Shown here piece by piece: positions 57,362 to 64,000 of a stretch of 64,000 nucleotides of DNA; within the stretch, counting starts at the first letter, position 1, and the number at the start of each line of letters is the position of its first letter. The notes below the pieces were generated by a model that ran no database searches, had not been told where the DNA came from, and saw only the letters and a program-made list of their open reading frames with translations. This DNA is from Schizochytrium sp. TIO01 (lineage: Eukaryota; Protista; Bigyra: Labyrinthulomycetes), in contig SMSO01000014.1 in assembly GCA_004764695.1 (NCBI GenBank), forward strand, positions 1,917,648 to 1,981,647. Direction: 5' to 3'. Made by a program: the position numbers and the translations under genes.

Positions 57362-58455
57362 GGCGACGATCTTGGGCCTCAATACGAGTCTACGGCGGAG
57401 TAGTCTCTTGCTTGCCCTTCGCTCATTCCCCTTTTGGTAAATTAGATTGGTATTACTTGTGAGAGACAGAGAACGTTACGATCATTCTGTTCCAAATCAC
57501 AATGGTGCACTTCTTATTCTACTTTATAACTAATCATGAAAAATAATACAGAATGATAAGCTGAGTCAAAATCTGGACGCAGTATGAGAGATATGGCAAA
57601 TAAAAATGAGTTGCTTAGTTGATTATAACAGCGCTGAAAGAATACTAGCGTAGATTTAAAGATAAATTAATCGAACTTTTGGAAGAGTAAATAATGATAT
57701 GTTAAAGACGCTGGTTTGGGCCATCTTAGGCTGGCTAAACTTTTTAAAGCGACTGTGACATTTACGAATGAAGCTTGACGGTCAAGATTTTGTTTACCAA
57801 GAATGATAACACAAATGAACAAAGTTGGCTACCAGAGTATCTCAAGGTTCTGAAACCGCAAACATTACTTACGCTGTTTACAAAGACATTTCCTTAAACC
57901 TAATGTCAATATCCCACGGCGTCCCCACTTCAAGAGTATTTGCGTGCATTATTGCTGCTCTATATACCTCTCAAATTCGCAATTCTGAAGACATTTGACA
58001 ATTCACATTTTGTTGTTCGTTTCTTTAGCACCGTCATTCTAACAATGCGATTTTTTAAACAGAAGAACAGAACGGTGTATGCTTAGGAAAATTAAATACT
58101 AAGTTAGTATTTGGTTGGGTTGAGCAAGTAAAGTAGTGCATTAAATGAACATTTCAAGCACAAAGCAATCTTCTCCGGTAATCACGATCAAATCTTCTTC
58201 CAAAGTCACGAGTTCAAGTTTGCCCGTGCCTCGGAACGAGTGGCGCCGGGGCTGGCGCAGTTAGAAGCTCCTTCTGGAGGGAGAAAACTTTGTGGCGGTG
58301 CCGGACGGCGCTGCCAGGTCAGCACTGCGGCTGTTGATTGTAGCAAGAGCAGGCTGTCGCCCCAATTCCTTCCAAGGTTTTAGCCATAGGTTGTTCTCTG
58401 GGTCGTGAAAACCTGTTCTGCTGCGGATTTACAATTGATCTTGGCGCTGAGAAGC

Positions 58456-60460
58456 ATGTCTTCAGCACATGCGGTGTGTTTGAGCACTCATGTGCTAGAG
58501 TTTCTTGATGTACGTGACGGTTTTTGCCTATGTCAGCACGAATTTGCAGAAGAAATGACCCTCGCGATGCTTCAGAAAGCAAATACTGGGGTATAGAGCG
58601 ACATTTTGTATATCGAAATGACGCACATATGAATAAGCGTTTCTATTGCGTTATGAGAAAGTTGTTTGTCATGTTGTTTATGGATGCGTGCCGGTCGATC
58701 GATGTCGGGGAGTTGAATGTTTGACTAACGTTGCTTGCGAATACTTCACAACTTGTGGCAGGTAATAGTTTCATGATATTTACGTGGCAAGGGCTGTGAA
58801 CTGGGATTGGAACGCTGTCTGTGGTAGTCGTGACGTAGAAAAGCAATGTCTGCGAATGCATGGGCTTCCGCATAAATTAAGGTTTCGTTTTTGGAGCTGG
58901 CACTCATCAGCAGATGCGCTAGAGAGGGCCGGCGGCGCTCTCACAACCTATCGTTCTTCTCTCGCCAAGAGCAAATTTAAGACGGACAATCAGGATGCAT
59001 CATGGTTTGTTTTAACACAGCAGCCAGGTCTCGAGGGAGAAATCGCTCGAGATGTGCGCCGTACATTTCCCAATCGTGCACTCTTTCGGGTTAAGAATGG
59101 TCTTGGCCAGCGTATGTTGTTTAATGTCCTCCTTGCGATTGCTGTTTATGAACCTAAAGTTGGTTACTGCCAAGGTATGAATTTTGTGGTTGCTGTGATG
59201 ATAACTGTAGCACTTGGATGCGAAACGCAGTCTTCAGATGCTGCAGAAGATCTTGCGCTTGCAAGCGATGGTATTCCAGCCGCAGAGCAAGAGATGCTTG
59301 AGAATAAAGTATTCTGGCTGATGATTGCTTTTCTTAATCGGTTCGATATGCGCGAGCTTTGGCGCCCAGGTGTCCCTCAACTCAAGTTGCGAATTTATCA
59401 GTTTGACCGTCTGATTTCATCCAAACTCCCGTCGATGCATGCTCATTTTCGCGATATTGGACTAGCCCCTGACTTTTTTGCTTCGCAGTGGTTCCTAACT
59501 CTGATGTCCTACAATATGTCGATGGATCAACTAGTGCGTGTGTGGGATGTGCTTATATTTGATGGGTGGAAAACAATTTTTCGCGTTGGTATTGCCGTCT
59601 TACAAAGCTGCGAAGAGCAAATTCTCAACATGAGTCTCGAGCAACTTAGCCACTTTTTCCGCCATGAGCGAGCCTCGGCACCCCCGCAACCTTCTGGGAC
59701 TAGGAATCAACGTAGTTCATCCGTTTATATTAGTGACACCGACATGTTAGAATCAGCCTTCCGAGTGAAAATTAGTACTAAGGAACTAGCTGACCTGGAG
59801 AGCGACTATATTACGCACATTCTTTTCCGTGGCTTCACACGTCAGCAAGAGAATGGTGCAAACAGTGATAGTGCCAATACCAGTGGCAAAGACCATGCGA
59901 CAAGTACACTCGGTAGTCGCACGCCATCCCATGCAGACCTTACTGCAGCAGCCTTCGCAAATGACGACGTGTTTGTGGACCATCGACTTGCGGCAATGTT
60001 TCGCGAAGAAATCGATCATCTCGATAAAGACATGAAGAATGATGTTCAATATCTTCGTGGGAAAATTGAACAGGCTGAGCGTCTTTTTCACGAAAAGGAA
60101 GCTGCGTTTCGGAAGGCTGCACAGGAGTACATGGAGACAAAAACAACCCTGGATGAACTTCGACTCTCCAAGCAAGCGGTCTCTAATCAGTTGTATGAGC
60201 TCACTCAAGATACCAATAGCTTAGATCAGGATTGTGAAGCTCTTTTCAACAAGATTGAGTTTATTGACTCCAGGATACGAGCTATCTCAGAGCACTTCCG
60301 TGACGCGCTGTGGAGAACTTCGCAGGCTCAAGTTGAACTTGAGGAGGTTGTAGAGCAAAAGTCTGCGTTTTCCCAACAGCTCCATGCTGTCTTAGACCAC
60401 ACAGAGCAAATCAAGACACAGGCCATAAAAAATCTTTGGAACACATTTTCACTCTCGTAA
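58456..60460 (+). CDS. TBC-domain Rab GTPase-activating protein with C-terminal coiled coil (EVI5/GYP5-like); probable exons 58456-58473 and 58769-60460
   Basis: TBC motifs are present: GLPHKLRFRFW, IARDVRRTFP (Arg finger), GYCQGMNF (Gln finger), FASQWFLTL, VRVWD; a long coiled coil follows. The track start is a GTG. A candidate exon 1 (MSSAHA, then GTGTGT) splices in frame to TAG|TTT at 58769, with a CTAAC branch motif near 58725. The 5' exon is tentative. Confidence 0.88.
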
Positions 60461-60593
60461 ATCTAGTAAGAAATTATATAACTTTTGAATCCCTTTTATT
60501 AACAATGTTTTAATCTCCGTTCGAGTAGAAACCCAAATTTATAATATAGTACGCGAGCTCATTGCTTTGAATTTCAGTATGCTATGCATTACA

Positions 60594-61332
60594 CTATTTC
60601 TTTAATTCTTTGGCTTCTAGCAAATGCATTAGCTTATCAAGCTTGGCCTCAGCTTGTTGTCTTTTGACGCGCTCCTCCTCAAGAGCACGCTCAAATTCAG
60701 CAAACTTTTGATTAGCGAATTCTGTAAATCGACTATCGTTTGTACGAACTGATGAAATAGATGACCATGTGGATCCATTGCTTCGCGCAGAAAGGTCCCC
60801 GGTGCTACTTGAATCGCCATTTACCGATTTTCTATCAGAATTACTATGTGATCGTCGGCGGTATGAGCATGCGCTGCCTTGAGAGCATTCTGAAGGAGAT
60901 CTCGAGCTTTTGTCTGAATAGTATGATCGCGAACTTGTGGAGGAACGTCCACTTGATGCACCCGATCCTGGTCGATCAGAATGATGCATTGATAGCGACA
61001 GGCCAGGTTTTGTAGCTAATACATATCTCGATGCTCGGAGGTTTGCCTCATTATCCTTCTCGCTGCGGAATTGTAAAGATGGCTGTTTGTTTGGTCGAGG
61101 CACAAGTGGAGTTCGATGCGTTAAGTTCGTTTTGGCAGAGTTAAGAGTTGAATTCGGGAGCATGGTGTTGCAGGAAAACAACAGACTGATCCTGGTGCAC
61201 CACGTCACGTGCTGTTATTCTACCCTGTACCACTGACTGAGGTTCTTCTTTGTGACAGCGCTGTCTCCAGAGCAGCGTTTCTTGCTCTGGGTTATTATGC
61301 CTTGGAACCGGCGATGGTCCAAGACGCAACAT
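60594..61332 (-). CDS. Hypothetical Ser-rich protein with C-terminal coiled coil; needs a short intron (61186-61237 or 61192-61237) or a frameshift
   Basis: The ATG ORF 61141-61332 (MLRLGPSPVPRHNNPEQETLLWRQRCHKEE) overlaps ORF 60594-61208 in another frame (...FERALEEERVKRQQAEAKLDKLM). Removing a GTCAGT...CAG intron of 52 or 46 nt joins them. Confidence 0.65.
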
Positions 61333-62046
61333 TACGTGAAGGGTCTGGCTGTCTCAAGCCGTGAATGTTACTAACGCAGCAGCAGATGTGGCCAAAATGA
61401 CGAGCACTTGCCAACCCCAGCCTTTCAGCATAGCGACATGTTCCTATTGAACTGAGTCTTCCTTCCCAAGGCTGTTCTCTAATCTAACAAATAATTATAC
61501 TAGGCATATTCGCTAATGCGAGACTATTCTCTTCACTTTTGTCAAGCGCAGTTCTCACTGACACCACCAAACTCCTTGAAGTGCACAGCATCACTGATAC
61601 ACCGATCTTCGTTCTAGAGTATTCCTATCGAAGATCCGTTGAAGCTACTCATAATTATTATAAAGACATTTGGTGTGTGTCCCTTCCTATAGACGATATA
61701 ACAAATGTTAGACGCAGATAGGGCGTCCATCCGCCTTGAGGTTCTAGGTACCTGCTATTAATTATATTACGATCTTTTCTTTAGATCAATCCTTGGAAAT
61801 CTTGCCAATTTACGTGCAGTCAGCCAGCTTCGTAATAATGTTGGCATATTGATGCAGCACAGTGACGCTCTATTAAATCATATTGAGAAGTGCAGTTTTC
61901 TGTCTGCTTTATGAGATTTCTCTCAAGCAGAATTCAGTGGTAGACATTTAGCTTGCTTGAATAGGATTAACTGTGAAATATTGGACAGTCTAGTTTCTCA
62001 TTTTGTGCGCTTGCGTGTCAAAGCTTGGGTACCATGGTTTTCTGAA

Positions 62047-63191
62047 ATGGCCTCTTTCCCAAAGGTAGGTATGAGCGAGACCCGGCAGCACGTTCTCCTT
62101 GCCCGGCATATTAATTTGCTCGGAGATGTAGTTAATACTTTAGCAAACCTTGATTAATTTCCTCCTGGGGGTTTTCACCTTTTGACGTCTTCCCAGGAGT
62201 CTATCCGCCCATCGTTGACGCAGCTAGAATATATCAAATGGGACAGACAGAATAACTTCTTGGAGAATTACTACAGCGCAAAGACATGCCCTGGTCTGGC
62301 AAGACGATTCAAGTTCACACTAAAGCTGCCCCCAAAGCATCACCTCTTTTTGCAACTGGTCTACGCTAGCAGCTTGAGGACAGCCTTGCTGCCCTGCAAC
62401 TCGACCACGTTGACGTGTTCTACCTACACATGCCTGACATGAGCGTGGATATTGAGGAGTCTCTTGTATCTTGCAATATTCTACACCATGAACGCAATTT
62501 CAAGGAACTCGGACTTTCGAACGTTGCGGCTTGGGATGTCTTCCGCTGCTCTCAAGTTTGCAAAGAGAGAGACTGGGTTTTGCCTACTGTGTACAAGGGG
62601 GTTTATAGCCCCATTTCGCGAGGCCCTAATGGCGAACTCTTCCCCGTTGCTCGCACCCTTGGTGCGCGTCTTTGTGTATAGCTTGCCGGGGGCTTTTGAC
62701 CGGTTGTTACACCACGATAGAAGACATCACTAGCTCCCAAGGTCAATTTTCCGGAAAATTCGACTTTATTCCTGGTTCTCGAGAGAACCCTTTAAAGGGC
62801 ACCGGGCACAAGATGTACCGCGCCTTTTATGGTAAAGAAGAACTTCTAGATGCATGCAAACTTCTTGTAGATACTATCGGGAAGGAGCACATAATTACCA
62901 AGACTTTTGTCTGGCTGCGATATAACTCGTACCTCTCAGCTCCTGACGGTATCATTTTTTGGGCAAGCAAGATTCCGCATGTTAAGTCTAACATGTTTAT
63001 TTTCACTATACTTGTCTACGGCCGAAATTGGGGCTTATGATAACGCCAATGAGCTTGCCAAATCTGCTCAAGAGCCTAACTTTCGCATGCATGGTCGTCT
63101 TACTGGGGACTTTGAAATTTACATGCAGAGATTCTCTTTGTCTAAACAGTGGGCAATGAGTAGTAAGCGTTTGGTTTGGACTCTGACTTAA
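62047..63191 (+). pseudogene. Aldo-keto reductase pseudogene (AKR7/aflatoxin B1 aldehyde reductase type)
   Basis: Reconstructed frames read VDAARIYQMGQTE*LLGELL...VHTKAAP...GLR*QLEDSLAALQLDHVDVFYLHMPD...FKELGLSNVAAWDV...WVLPTVYKGVYSPISR...ELFP...LAGG/LLTG...YRAFY...WLRYNSYL...DGIIFWASK...AYDNANELAK. In-frame stops sit at 62253 (TAA), 62367 (TAG) and 62679, with frameshifts near 62690 and 63000. A possible exon 1 (MASFPK, then GTAGGT) starts at 62047. Confidence 0.9.
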
Positions 63192-64000
63192 ACAACAAGC
63201 CTTCTCTCTTTTATCCCACGTCTAAGAATTAATTGTCAGTACATCTTCTTCCCAAGGACAAACTCGTCTCTATTCTCTCAAATATTACAGCAAATGCTGT
63301 CGTTGAAGCCTGTCTAGCATCAGGGCATCCTTTGCGTCGCACTTCAACATAAGAAAATTTGTCGTACATCTCGAACTTCTGAATCGAATATTCTTATAAC
63401 ATCTTTCTATTATAAACACTAATAGCCTGTTATCCTCATAGACTTTGAAACAATTAGACAACTAATCAAATAATCAAACAAACAAACAATTAAATAAAGA
63501 AAAGCGCAAGCAACGTTCAATTAAAAATCTCACATGCGCTGCGCAAAGAAGCTTTGCACTAGAGTACAAGTGGACAGGGATAGCGCAAAATCAATACACC
63601 CTAGCTCGACCTGAAATCAGGCTCATTTTGAGATGCAGCAGAGGGTTACTTTGAACGACAGAAAGTGCTTCCTAAAAAGTGTTGGCTGAATCTCGACTTG
63701 TGGCTTTTATTTGTACAAATTGATCTCCTACACCAAACTAGATACATTTCTCACTTAGAGCTGAAGAGGTGGATGGTGTCGCGAAGTTGGCATGGACAGA
63801 GCGTTCCTTATTCTTAAAAGGTAGTCAGGCAGGCACCTTGGGCGAAATCGTGTTCTTCAAAGACTTGGCCAAATTCTCATTTCCAGATGTGGTACGCACT
63901 TTGTAAGCGTCCACAACTCAGAGGTGGAAGGATGCAACTGAGGCCTTGAACTATTTCTAAAACCTGCAAAGATAGGCCTCAGGTTTGCTGGTGTATGAGT

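Noticed and set aside
58243-58320. GGGGCTGGCGCAGTTAGAAGC resembling a tRNA 5' half
   Set aside because: The D-stem is imperfect and there is no T-arm; it is better explained as GC-rich promoter DNA of the TBC gene.
63520-64000. Possible decayed minus-strand gene at the window edge
   Set aside because: All frames have multiple stops, no motif is confidently recognised, and it is truncated by the window end.

Overview
Eukaryotic nuclear DNA: there are spliceosomal GT-AG introns, and I found no bacterial operons, CRISPR arrays, rRNA or tRNA. Gene style (mostly intronless CDSs, single introns just after the start codon, abundant tetranucleotide microsatellites) suggests a stramenopile protist, possibly a thraustochytrid; this taxonomic call is inference only. 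The window has three parts. (1) Left gene cluster, 1.8-9.6 kb: a multi-pass membrane protein, RNA polymerase II subunit RPB7 (2 exons), an Sfi1-repeat centrin-binding protein and a polyQ SANT-domain regulator of the Cramped/CRAMP1/TKI1 type. (2) A gene desert of about 37 kb (9.6-46.7 kb) between two divergently transcribed regulatory genes. It holds compound period-4 microsatellites, a 16-bp minisatellite with an inverted partial copy 2 kb away, several GC-rich promoter-like modules with CHR-like (TTYGAA) and E2F-like motifs, and at least one decayed coding remnant. (3) Right gene cluster, 46.7-63.2 kb: a NIPP1-like FHA/RVxF protein, AP-1/AP-2 beta-adaptin, a small orphan ORF, CstF-64 (2 exons), a TBC Rab-GAP, a hypothetical gene that needs a short intron or frameshift, and a clear AKR7-type aldo-keto reductase pseudogene. 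I see no convincing new multi-gene system. The most interesting candidate is the desert itself, as a possible long-range cis-regulatory landscape for the CRAMP1-like gene in an otherwise compact genome.
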